Shown piece by piece: positions 26,346 to 38,010 of a stretch of 64,000 nt of DNA (position 1 is the first letter of the stretch; each line of letters opens with the position of its first letter). Under the pieces are notes generated by a model that worked only from the letters and a program-made list of their open reading frames with translations, searched no databases and was not told the DNA's origin. Both the position numbers and the translations under genes were made by a program. Origin of the DNA: Lama glama (lineage: Eukaryota); assembly GCA_028534125.1 (NCBI GenBank), contig CM052817.1, forward strand, positions 88,538,001 through 88,602,000, in the 5' to 3' direction.

Positions 26346-26959
26346 TTGTACTTACAACCCTGTTTGTGTGCATCTATGTGTTCTCCTTAAATCTGTTATA
26401 TAATATAGACCAAGATTTTACATAAAATCTTGTATAAAAAGGTCTGTATCTGGAATATAAAAGAGTGCTCCTTAAGACTGTATGAATTCATAGTTCTATT
26501 TTATTCCTTATATTGTCCAGGGATAGAAATAAAATAGTGCTAAATATAAGGTCTGCTGAAAAATACTACTTTTATAAGCATTATTTCAAAAGAATCTCAG
26601 TGGAGACCAGATCTGGGGTAGCTAACTACAGAAATAAGAGCACTACAATACAGTATGGGTCAGGACTGGAAGGTTCAGATCCAGACTAAACAACAAAAAA
26701 ATCAGCGCCTTGTTGGCATCAGGGCTACAGAGGGAAGAAGAAAGTGTCAATGGGTTCATCTATTGATGCACTGATAGCAAATGAATGTAAATAGGTATTA
26801 TGGAAATGAGATCTGCACTCCAACAGAGAGTCCATTCTGCATCTCAAAACTGGAAGGCATATTTGCATATACTATGAATATGCATATCACTTCCTGACAT
26901 GTGATAAAGCTCTTAAAGCCCTACTAGTACAGGAACCTCATTTTATATATGTTATTCTT

Positions 26960-27320
26960 TTTAAGAGTTTTATTGAGATAAAATTTAAATATGATATAGC
27001 ACACTTAAAGTACACAGTGCAATTTTAAAAGATTGTATTCATAGAGATGTGCAAATACCATCCAAATAGAATTTTAGAACATATTCCTCATTTCAAAATG
27101 AAACTCAATGACATCTCACATTCTCATACCCATGCCCAACCCCTGACTCCAGGCAAACAATAATCTACTTTCTATCTCTACAGAGTTGCCTATTCTGGAT
27201 ATTTTATACAAATGGAACCATGATATATACGGTTTTGTGAGGGACTTTCAGTCACTTAGCATAATACTTTCAAGGTTCATCCATGTTGTAGCATGGACCA
27301 GTGATTCATTATTTTTTCCA
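26960..27320 (-). mobile_element. L1 3' fragment (L1MB-like)
   Basis: ttttattgagataaaattt...aatctactttctatctctacagagttgcctattctggata...cacttagcataatactttcaaggttcatccatgttgtagca. Confidence 0.85.
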
Positions 27321-29229
27321 CTGTTCAGTCAATTCAAAAATTTATGAAATGTTTAATTTTAGTTGTTTGCCAGTATTGCCATTATTTTTATGAGAGAATG
27401 GATTGCTTCTGAGAGAGAATCTTATTTCACCATTCTGGAAGTCAGTCTCTTCATTTTGTTTTCTAAACAAAATAGTTTCACAAGTTTAAGAGGTCATCTA
27501 TTTTTTATATTATTTTAATATAGTTTAACAATGCATAATTTTTTTATCTTTTCAATTTCATATAAATACATACATACATACATACGTAAAATAGTCCCCC
27601 AACAGTAGAAGACAAGTATGGAACATATAAAAAATATATATCTTAATAAAATAGGATCTATTCTAGTGATATAATGTTATTAAAAATGCTTGTAGTCTTA
27701 CAAATTGTTTGCAAAAGAAAACCGCTGCAGTCTTATAATAAAATGAGCGGTATTTTGGACAGGTTCCCTATGGTTTTCTCTTAAAGCTCTGAAAAATTTT
27801 AAAGGTCAGCAACCAACTGGTTTGTCATTTGATACATGGGTGACTTGAAATAAATCAAAACAAGGACTCGAAAAATATTTTTAAATGAGAATTGTATAGC
27901 AGACATCCAACAGGGAAGACTTTCTACACTTCAGATCCCTGAAAATATAAGGGGAGGTAAGTGTTTTGAAAAATATCCATAGGGTGCTCAAAGATAATAA
28001 AGTACAAAAATATAATTTGTAAAATAGCACACAAAAGATTTATGTAGTGTCCATAATGTAGATCTGTATCTTATGAGCAATCGTCCAATGCCTAGGGCAT
28101 TGCTCAAAAAGAAATCCGTCCATATAATGGGCCCTCCTGTTGTGTTATCTGAGAAGGGAACTCTGCAAGGATCATGAAATGAAAGAACAAAGCTACTTTC
28201 ACTTGGAACCTTGAAACAACTAATTTACTTCCTACATTAGATTTCACTTTTTTCTTAGCTATGTAGCCATGGGCATGAAGATTTCAAGGGACCCTAGTTC
28301 ATTCCTTTCATTATAAATAACTTCATCAATGTTAAGAGTCAAAGATATGCCTAGTATGCCGATCACTCATTTCTTTAACTGAAAAAAATATATATTGACA
28401 TCATAATATTATGCAAAATGCTTGAGTGACAAAGTTTAAATGTTCACTTTTAATCACATTAGGCACTGTACTCAGAGAACACTCAGTACATATTCTGCAA
28501 AATGCAAACAAGCATGTTCTGCATGTGTATATTGGTCATAGTATACCTTCTTCAGAAAAATGTTTCTTGAGATCTTTTGTCCATTTTTAATTGAGTTGAC
28601 TTTTAATTGTTAAGTTGTAAGAGGTTTTTTAATCTGGATATAATTATATTATGACTACATGTATCATATGACAGACATCAAACATAACTATACTTCCCTT
28701 TTATTTCTCAAAAGTGGAAAGAAAGAGGGAAAGGGAGAGGTGAATTGGGATGATAGGGCAAATTCATAGTAATCTTTCTTTTGAAAAATACTGAAAAACA
28801 CTACTTTAGGACAGAAGTTTAGAAAACGCACCAAAGGCTTTACTTTGATTTGCCACTAGTTTTTAGCTGTCTTTTTTTTTCTCTTGCCATCTTTTATTGG
28901 TAATGTGGAGCTTTTCTAGGGATTTTTGCTGCTTTTTTAGTTTATTAATTAGCAAATCTTGTATTCCTCATCTTACAAAAGTTAGAGAGTCCAAATTGAT
29001 CAAAGATACAGCATTTAATCTTCAGTTCGTCCCAGTAAAATAAATTCTGTAGTACAGCGCCATTCAAAGGAGGGAGACTGAAAAGAGAATGTTTTCCACT
29101 TCATCTGTATTTTACTCCATGGCTCTAATTTGTGGTTTTGTTGTTTTCTCGTTGAGAATTAAAAAGCTGGGATTTTTCCTCAAAATATATATGTGTACAC
29201 ACATATACACAAACACACGCACACACACA

Positions 29230-29810
29230 GAGCAATTATTTCCTCCCAGTCTATGGGGCATCTTTTCACTTTCAGGATGGTGGCTTTTGAAGAGAAAACA
29301 TATTTCTTTTTGATGAAATCTACTTCATTATTCCTTTCTATTACTGTTTGCACTACTGTTGTCCTATTTAAGAAACCATTGCCAAACCCAAGATCATAAA
29401 TATTTACTTCTACATTTTCTTCTAAGAGTTATAGTTTTAGCTTTCATATTGAAGTCTGCCATCTACTTTGAATTAACTATTTTTGTGTGGTGCAAAGTAC
29501 AGCTTCAACTTCAACTTTCGTTATTTATTTGCAGGTGGATAACCAGTTGTATCAGCACAGTTTGTTGAAAAGACAATTTCCTTCCCATTGAATTTTCTTA
29601 ACATCTTTGTTGAAAGTCAGCTGACTATAAATGTAAGGGCTTATTTTTTGGCTCTCAATTCTATACCATTGATCATATGTCTGTCCATATGCCAGTACCA
29701 TACTGTCCTCATTACTGCAGCTTTGTAGTAAGTGATGAGACTAGGAAATATAAGTCCTCCAAGTTTGCTTTCTTATTTCTGAGTCCTTTACATTTTCAGA
29801 TGAATTCCAC
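29230..29810 (-). mobile_element. L1 ORF2 fragment (a further piece lies at about 28520-28640)
   Basis: aagaaaccattgccaaacccaagatcata...cagcacagtttgttgaaaagac...gccagtaccatactgtc are antisense L1 ORF2. Confidence 0.85.
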
Positions 29811-29819
29811 ATAATCTAG

Positions 29820-30254
29820 TCTTGGCCAAACATTACAACCCACACTGATTGACACGGGCAGGGCAGCATGACTCCTCCACAGCTAATCAGGGTCTATCCC
29901 CAGAATTTTATATCAATGTTTCAAGAGAGAAGTCTTCTTTAGTTTGGGTCTCTAAGTGGGCTTAATAAAATCTGGAGCTACCAGTTGCCGTTGTTACACA
30001 CATAAAATAGGGCTGGACCATCTATCTGTACCAGGAAGAGGAAGATGATAAAATACATAGAATAAACATAGATAAGAAATGAAGGAGAAATGCGGTAAAT
30101 GTTCATAGTCTTTAAACCAGTTGAACCTGACTCTCATTCAGCTCTACCTTTTCATGGTTTAGTTTTGCTGAGCCACTCAATTCTCCTTTTTATTGTTTAA
30201 TTTAGTTCAAGATGCTTTTCCGTCAAACAGAAAAGAAAGATTTCTAGTTAATAC
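29820..30254 (+). mobile_element. MaLR LTR (MLT1J/K-like)
   Basis: ctggagctaccagttgcc motif; 3' end ...ttcaagatgcttttccgtca...ctagttaataca. Confidence 0.55.
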
Positions 30255-31429
30255 AAACACATTTTTATCATCTCCCTTATGTGTATAGCTCATTATTTAT
30301 TTCAGTTGGCATCTGGGAAGTGTGATGAAAGACATCTTTGTTTAGTACTAATAACAGTCAGGTACAAAGTACTTCAAATTTAATTATAATACAATAGTTA
30401 TAGAATGACCAAATGCTCCATTTTTCTTAGTTACCATGATATATTAATAAACTAAAAAGTATTAGTTGCCTTTTCTTTGAAGATAGTTTCTTGAACTGTG
30501 CTTCTTAATCAAGTTATATGTAAAACAAATTCCGGATATTTTCAGTCATGGAATGAAGTACTTGATGACATCAACATTCTGTACAAGGATATTTAATGTT
30601 TCTAAGCTGTGCTGTTTTTCTTGATGAAACTTGACACTCAATCAAAACAACTGAGTAAGGGACAAATCTGGAAAGAATTTGTCATAAACAAATACCATTA
30701 TAAATCACTGTATGCATTTCTACCTGTCAAGATGATTCATTAGTTATTATTCCATTTTTAGCTCTGAGCCATTGACATATAATCAAGAGCCAGGCAGAGA
30801 GACTGGATAGTTTGTGAAGCTATGAATCCACCAACATTCCAGTCTGGCCAGTGAAGAGACAAGTTTTCAAAAGACAATGCTTTCTTGCAAATGAACATTT
30901 ATTGAAAACGAGGGCTGGACTGTTCGATTTAAAAACATCCATTTAATAAACTGGAACAGCAGCAGTATCCTGCCATTATTTCTGCTACCATATTCCTAAA
31001 GTTTACCTTATGGAACTTCACCAAGTGTGCAGAACCCTGTTAACCAACTGTTACAGTAAAACAAGATTCTGTTAATAACTGCCTTACTCACTCCTTTTAA
31101 ATCTTTCATCTCCAGATAGAAGTAATCTGAGCTGATCCTACCTTCGATTTTAATGCACAGGCCTTAAATATGTGCCCTTTTTTCCCTGTACTTTTTGGGG
31201 AGGAAGCTTATCTTTAGTTTGAATATTCTTCATATATCATTTCCAGTATTTACCTAAATTGAAACCTTGATTTTTATATTTCAAACTAGCTGCCAATTAT
31301 TCCCAGAAAGAGCCATTTAAAATTAGATATTCCTGTTCATGCTTTTACATTTAAACAAGATTATCCTCTTGTTTTTATTTTCACTGAATGCTTAGAAATT
31401 TAACTTTATTCACTTTTTAAAAAATTCCC

Positions 31430-31920
31430 AGCAGGGTTCCAATTTATCCATGTTTTTTGCAGCAATTATTATTACCTGCCTTTTTGATACAGTCATTCTA
31501 GTGGGTGTGGAGTGTTCTCTCTTTGTGGGTTTGACTTGCAGTCCCCTGATGCAACTGATATGTAGTGTCTTTTTATGTGTTTATTGGTCATCTGTATATC
31601 TTCTTTGGAGAAATATGTATTTGGATCATTTATCTATTTTTAAAAATGTAGTTATTTTTGTTTTTACCGTTCAGTTGTAAGAGTTCTTTTTACAGTGTAG
31701 ATACAAGTCTCTTATCAGACATATAGTTTACAAATATTTCTCTAAGTCTGTGGGTTGTCCATTTATTTTCTTGATAGTGTTTTTGGAAGCACAGAACTCC
31801 TTAATTTTGTTGAAGTCCAACTGATCTAATTTTTGTGTCCTTCAGTACTTCTGAAAATTATTTTAATATATGTTGTGCAGAATCTTAGATTTATAAAGTT
31901 TATTGATGCTATTATGTCTT
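31430..31920 (-). mobile_element. L1 ORF2 fragment
   Basis: agtcattctagtgggtgtggagtg...tgtatatcttctttggagaaatatgtatt...ttgttgaagtccaa. Confidence 0.85.
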
Positions 31921-31938
31921 CTTCCATTTCATTTTTCT

Positions 31939-32082
31939 GCTTATTATTGTATTCCTTAGTTATTTTATTTGGTGGGGGGAGGTAACTAGTTTTATTTATT
32001 TTCAGAGGAGGTACTGGGGACTGAACCCAGGACCTCATGCATGCTAAGCAAGCACTCTACCACTTGAGCTATACCCTCCCCA
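31939..32082 (-). mobile_element. Camelid tRNA-derived SINE (vic-1 type)
   Basis: Minus strand reads ggggagggtatagctcaagtggtagagtgcttgcttagcatgcatgaggtcctgggttcagtccccagtacctcc; perfect 15-bp TSD ccatttcatttttct at 31924-31938 and 32083-32097. Confidence 0.95.
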
Positions 32083-33523
32083 CCATTTCATTTTTCTAAA
32101 GGGTTCTTGAATTGAAGCTCTTTTGGTGAAATATCTCTGTTACCTATTACGTACAGGCAGAGGGTTATCCTGCTTGCTTTGCAAATAACTTCTCAAAGAT
32201 TTCTTCTTCTTTCAGTAAATATAGAAAATTAATCAGTAGTTTCCTTAGAGGAATCATACAACAATCCCTTTTATTTTTATTTGTATTGGTTGATAAAATT
32301 TCTCCTTTTAACCAAAGGCTAGTAATATTATTGTATTAGTATTTGTATTTTACTCTAAATTTTGTAAATCATTACCACTGAAGAGATTAATTAGCTGGCA
32401 CTGTCCCTTTTCAAGCTTGGTATAAGTATTATTGCATTAAAGAAAACAAAAAATAATTAATATATATTTTACTAGAGTAAATCACAGTAAACATATTTAA
32501 AACATTCGGAGTATTTGCATAACATCTCATATTATTTCATGTCACTTTAATAGGCATTAAACAATTTGACAATCACGACTACTCAATCAATTGGACTAGT
32601 TAATGGTTACAATGAGAAAACTGCATTTCAGAGAGATAGTAATAGAGATATTTTAATTCATTTTTCTGTTTTACAGTTTACAGTATAATTTTGCTGACTG
32701 TCTCTCTTGATCCTGTCACTGATTTTCTGAGGTGTTTTGGGGATATTTTAATTTCTAGGGCAACCTAAGGGTTATTTGTTAGCAATAAATTACATAGGCA
32801 TCTAAATAAATACACATAAAACAAAATTTCATCTTGAGTTCCTAATCAAGTACAGAGTCTTATTTTTGTCATATAGTAAATAATCAGAAGGTAATGAAGA
32901 TAATTAGACAGCTTCCAGAATATTGAATCACCAAAAAGGAACTATTATTCAGATAGAAAATCATGCCTGTAAATAATTTCAAAAGACTATTTACTTGAGT
33001 AATAGAAAAATGTTTACTATTCCTTAAATAGGACAAGACTTCTAACTTACCTAAACCTGGTTACAAAATTCAAATTCCAAATGGATGCTTCTGGTCTTAG
33101 TGCTGTTGTTCCCCTGACTTGGTCCTTGTCCCTTCTGCCTCAGGAGTTGAAGCTTTTGCTGGTTCCTTCTGCTTATTTTCCCTCCTTTGTCCATTCAGTC
33201 TCTGCATTTAGTTGTTGCTTGCGTAACAATTTACTTTCCTACTTATTCACATATCATATGGTTGCAACAGCTCACCTCCTGAGTGATCCATCTAAAACTA
33301 TGTTATTCTGTATTTTTATATCTTAGATTCAGAGAGATTCTAAATATCTCTTTGCCTTCTTTTTTCCCACTTGGATATATTTTTGACACTTACAAAAGTA
33401 ATTTTTATTTAACTGATTTACTGTCATGCTGGTAACCCACCTTAAATTAATGGCCCCTTTTACCAGAAAAGAAACTACAAGAATCTGTTGTGCACTCACC
33501 ACTTTTAATTGTTAATGTACCCT

Positions 33524-34143
33524 TATTAACAACACTGGGAACCCATAAAAGATTCAACACTACTGAAGTGGTGAAAAGTAGGAAACTAACTAACAAGATG
33601 GCTTCCCTGAGGCTAAAGCTGTTTGCTGATTCATTCTGACTTAAAATTCTTACAACTTGTTTTCCTCTTTTTTTTTTTTCCTGACAAACCCCCATCTCTG
33701 TTTCACTTGCTCAACTACATTGTGCTAAGCAGCCTGCAACCTTTCCATTACACTCTCCACTCCCTGTACATTCTTTACCCAGAATAACTTATCCTTTAAC
33801 TCAGAACCTGTATTCTAGGAAGGTGGTCACAGGCTGACAACCTCAGAGGAATGAACAGACCCTCCAGAGTTTCTCCGTGATGCCAGGTGGATTTATCAAG
33901 ATTAAGAAGAATACAGCACCTCACAAAAAGCCTTGGTTTTTGTTCGGTTCTTCCTGTTATGTCCATGTTTTCTATAAAACCTCAGGACCCCAAGATGGAT
34001 TCACAGTCTCTAAGGCATTAATCTGCTGTGACTCCCCTTTGCCTGGCAAAGCAATAAAGCTGTTTTTTTTCTGATTCTCCCAAAACTCTACCTCTGAGCC
34101 TCAACTTGAGTATAGGGGCACAGTGGCTGGTTCTTTGTCAACA
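33524..34143 (+). mobile_element. ERV1-like solo LTR (MER34/MER39-like); 5' boundary uncertain
   Basis: TATA (ctataaaa) near 33972, then ctcccctttgcctggcaaagcaataaagct poly(A) region, cccaaaactct U5 and terminal ..tcaaca. Confidence 0.7.
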
Positions 34144-34857
34144 GCAGCAGAAAATGAAAAATAACAGAGCCTTAATACAAATAAAAGATTATGTCTCTTT
34201 CACCTAAAAGAAACCTAGAGGTAGACAAGCCAAGTGTGGTATACTGGCCTGGCTCCACAAACCCTACAGGACCCAGACTACAAATGACCCTTGAACGGCT
34301 TGGGGTAAGGGGACCCAGCCTCTGCACAGCTGAGTATCTGTGCATAATTCAGAGCAGGCCCTCAGTATCTGAGGTTCTTCAGAAGCCACAGATCCACACT
34401 GAAGGATCAACCAACTACAGATCGTGGAGTAGAGTGGTATTTACTATTGGAAAAGTATCTGCATATAAATGGACCTGCACAGTTCAAACCCTGTTGTTCA
34501 AGGGTCAACTGTACTTTCAATTCTCCAATATATAATCCCTAAGAAACGGATTTTATCCACATGGTCCAAGAAGACTGCTGGAGTACCAGTCATCATATCT
34601 GCCTTATACTTTAAAGTCAGAAGTAGAGGTGAGGAGTGCAGGCTTTGCTCTAAAAGCTCTTCCAGGAAATTGTACAACAAACTTTCACATATATGAGAGC
34701 AGCTGAATCTTAAACAGGGACCAGACATAGCTACAAGAGAACCTAAAGAAAGCAGTGTTTTACTTGCGCAGCAATTTTTTAACCTAAAAAGTAAAGTTCT
34801 TATCACTGAAGAAGAATAGAAGAATGGACTTTTGAAAGGAATGGCACTTCTGCCACA
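34144..34857 (-). mobile_element. MaLR LTR (MLT1K/L-like) split by a Tigger MITE
   Basis: aagaaacctagaggtagac...caggacccagac before the MITE; atggtccaagaagactgctggagtaccagtcatcatatctg and terminal tctgccaca after it. Confidence 0.7.
34281..34511. mobile_element. Tigger2-family MITE (TcMar)
   Basis: TIRs caaatgacccttgaac ... gttcaagggtcaactg, flanked by TA at 34279-34280 and 34512-34513. Confidence 0.9.
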
Positions 34858-35454
34858 GTCCTATTGTTTTGCTTTTTTCAGGAAAGGAAACCAAGGCTCA
34901 TAGATATTCAAATATTAATGCAATTTTACACAACTGAGTGGTATCAATTCATTTTGAATTTAGGATGCTCTGACTACACAGACATTTTCTTCTTTCTTTC
35001 TCTCTCTCTCTTTTTTTTTTTAACAAGTTGCTCTTATTTCTGTAGCATGCAATCTCCTATTTCCAGGTAAATTTTGAATACATTATGAATAACCTATATT
35101 TTATTTCTTACTTGCTTTTCATCTCATCATATTTATATTTATATTTCATTAGTATATTTTTAATCAGAGCGAATCTAGTGCCATTCATTGAAAAATTCAG
35201 ATGCTGTCACATGCTGCTTTTTCTCCCATAAATTCTACTACTTGGATATTTTTTCTATTCAACGTACTTGTATTCAGCCATCTTTGGGAACTATCTTGTT
35301 TAGATTCACCAGGAAAAAGAATTATTTCCTCCATTGTATACCCTACCTCACAGAGCACTTAAACTTTTTATAGTTATGATTATTTTATAGGTCAACTTCC
35401 ACCATTAATCTCTTTCCATTTCTAGGGCATACAAAGTATTTGCCACATAGAAGT

Positions 35455-35840
35455 TGCTTGGAGCTGACTGTGCCTACCCCCAAAATCATATGTTGAAGCC
35501 CTAGCCCCACTGTACCATAGAATTTGAGTGTTTTTGGAAATTGGGTCTTTAGGGAAGTGACTAAGTTAAAATGAGGCCATTAGGACGGGCTTTAACTCAT
35601 TCTGACTGGTGTCCTTATAATAAGAGGAAATTTGGACACAGAGAGAGATGATGGGCTCTCACACACAGAGGACAGATCATGTGAGAACACAGCTAGAAGG
35701 CAGCCACCTGCAAGCCAAGGGCCTTGCCAGTACCTTGGCCTGAGACTTTTAGCCTTCAAATCTGTGAGGAAATAAATTTCTGTTGTTTAAAGCATTCTAT
35801 CTGTGGTATTTCGTTATGGCAACTCTAGCAAATTGATACA
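35455..35840 (+). mobile_element. MaLR solo LTR (MLT1B-like)
   Basis: cccccaaaatcatatgttgaagccctagcccc...taagttaaaatgaggccattagg...aataaatttctgttgtttaa...ctagcaaattgataca. Confidence 0.9.
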
Positions 35841-36207
35841 AAAACCATTTAATAAGTATTTAGTTAATAAAATGCTTACTAAAAATCTTTACTTGAGAAG
35901 AGAGGATATTTACATTTTAAAAAAAGGAAGCTTATTACTCTAAATATATGTAACGGGAACAAAAATATCAGGATACCTTTTTTAAGTGCATCACTCTTGT
36001 TGACTAGAATGGCATATAAGAACCTGGAATACATGCTTTCTTAAAAGTTCACGTTGCACATTGTAATACAAATATTAAAAAACCTTCATCTTACCTAATG
36101 GACAGTATTGAACACACGAACCTCTTTTTAACTTTGGACCATAAAGTAGACCTTCAGCTATGTTGCCTGATAATTACATTTTAAAATTTAAGCATGTCCA
36201 AGTCAGG

Positions 36208-36382
36208 CAGGAATAGCTACAAAATTTTTGAGGCTCAGTGCAAGTGAGAATATGGGACCCCATGGACAAAAAGCATCAAGAATTTCAACATGGCAACAGC
36301 AGGGTGTTGAGTCACACTAAGCCCTTCTGAGGGTGGAGCCCCATGTGACAGCACAGCTTGCTCATCCTTGAAGCTGACACTG
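36208..36382 (-). mobile_element. MER91A-like hAT-Tip100 MITE
   Basis: gctacaaaatttttgaggctcagtgcaa...aagaatttcaacatggcaacagcag...gcccttctgag...tgaagctgacactg matches the reverse complement of MER91A. Confidence 0.8.
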
Positions 36383-37479
36383 ATGCTTCATGGTTGTGGA
36401 CTCAGACAGACATCATCTGTGGTTTATTCTCAATGAATAGCACATTCCTTTCCTTTGGAGGCTCCTGAGCCTGCTGATAACTGGTGCTGATGCCTCTAAG
36501 GTGCCTTTTCCCAGCATTATATTCCTTGCAAGCCATTTCCAAACAAACATCATTTCTCAAAGAACCTCATGCTATTTCTCCAAGGTCTTTGAGGATGCCC
36601 CAATTACCCATATTTCCCTCAGCCATAGGGAATGTGTGCGAGTCTGCATGTAAAATACAGACACAAACTTCACCAGCCATGTGTTCTACAAGTATAAAAC
36701 AAATTAGATGGTATATAGAAAGTCATAATTTAGATGAATTCTGTGCTTTAAAAAAAAACAAATTATGTTCTTCATTTTATCTGTTTTTTGAATATTCAAC
36801 AACTTGCTAAATTAATTTGAAGTCAGAAAACTATTACACTAATTTGCATTTTTAACTCAGGAAATTTTTTTGAAGTACAGCATCTCTCTCTGCCAAGTGC
36901 AATGCTGTTCTCAGAGTCGCAGGGCTCTGCAAGGTTCATTGCCAGTCGCTTATAAGCTGCTGCAAAATTGAAAATCCTCACAAAGAGTTCCACCAACAAA
37001 ATCCTTAATGCTCTGATTATGAAATAGGAACACCTTTAAAGTGTTTTACCTCAAAAAAGAAAAAAGAACAAAATAGAGAGAAAGAAAGACGTAGTGATTT
37101 TGCACATGATTTTCAGAAATAAATTATCAGGCAATGCGGGTAAGCTTCTCTGAAAGCTGCTTTCTCGTAGTTATGAGATTTTATGCACCCGACTACAATG
37201 AAAACAAGAGACCCTCAACCATAGGAACTGAGGAAAAGTGGTATTTTGTGAAAATAGGTTTTTTATTATTTTTAAGTTATAACATATAACAATAAACCTA
37301 AAAGTGACATTTTAAAGATGTAGTCTATTGCACATATATAAACATTTCTATCACTGTGGTTGGAATATATGTAATTCTCATATTGTGCTCCAAGAAAGAA
37401 ATGTCAAACTTGAACAAAATTGGCTTTAAAAATAAAAGGACTGATTATTTTACTTTAAATATGTCCAGAGATCAGATGG

Positions 37480-38010
37480 ACATCTGGGCCAGCCAGTTAG
37501 GGCCCTGGTTCTGGCGTTCCAGGACTCTCCGAGTTCGGCCATCCTCCCTGATTATGGAGAGACAGTCGTAGCTGGGCCAGGAGCGACACCAAAACACCAG
37601 AAGGACAGAGGGCCATTTCCTTTACCTCCACTATCTCCTCATTGTAACAACTAAACTAGGAGATCTCCTCCAAGAGGCTTGCAGCAGAGTTCCTGAGTGG
37701 AATCAGGATTCATAAAGCAATCATTACTAAGATCAAGCTAATTTCACTGGAGTGGGTATTTCTCAGTCCATGTACTCTAGGTTATGTTACAGTTTCAATT
37801 CAAAGTTTTACTGGGCACCAATTAAAAAACACGGCTTTTCTACACTGAACGGCCACCCTGGTTCAGCGTCAGCTCTCCCTCACGTCATCCTCAGGCGGGG
37901 CCTGGAGCTAAGGCAGCAGCGCCTGTGTGAGAAGTGGCAGCGTGGGAAGGGGAGCGAGGGTCAGCTACACGCTGCCTCTTAAGCCAGAAGTGCACACTTC
38001 CCTTCGCTTT
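37480..38010. promoter_or_regulatory. Promoter-like block with raised CpG, CRE-like site and GC box
   Basis: About 15 CpG in 530 bp; tcacgtca at 37880-37887; cgtca half-site near 37867; ggcggggc at 37894-37901; no repeat recognised. Confidence 0.5.
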
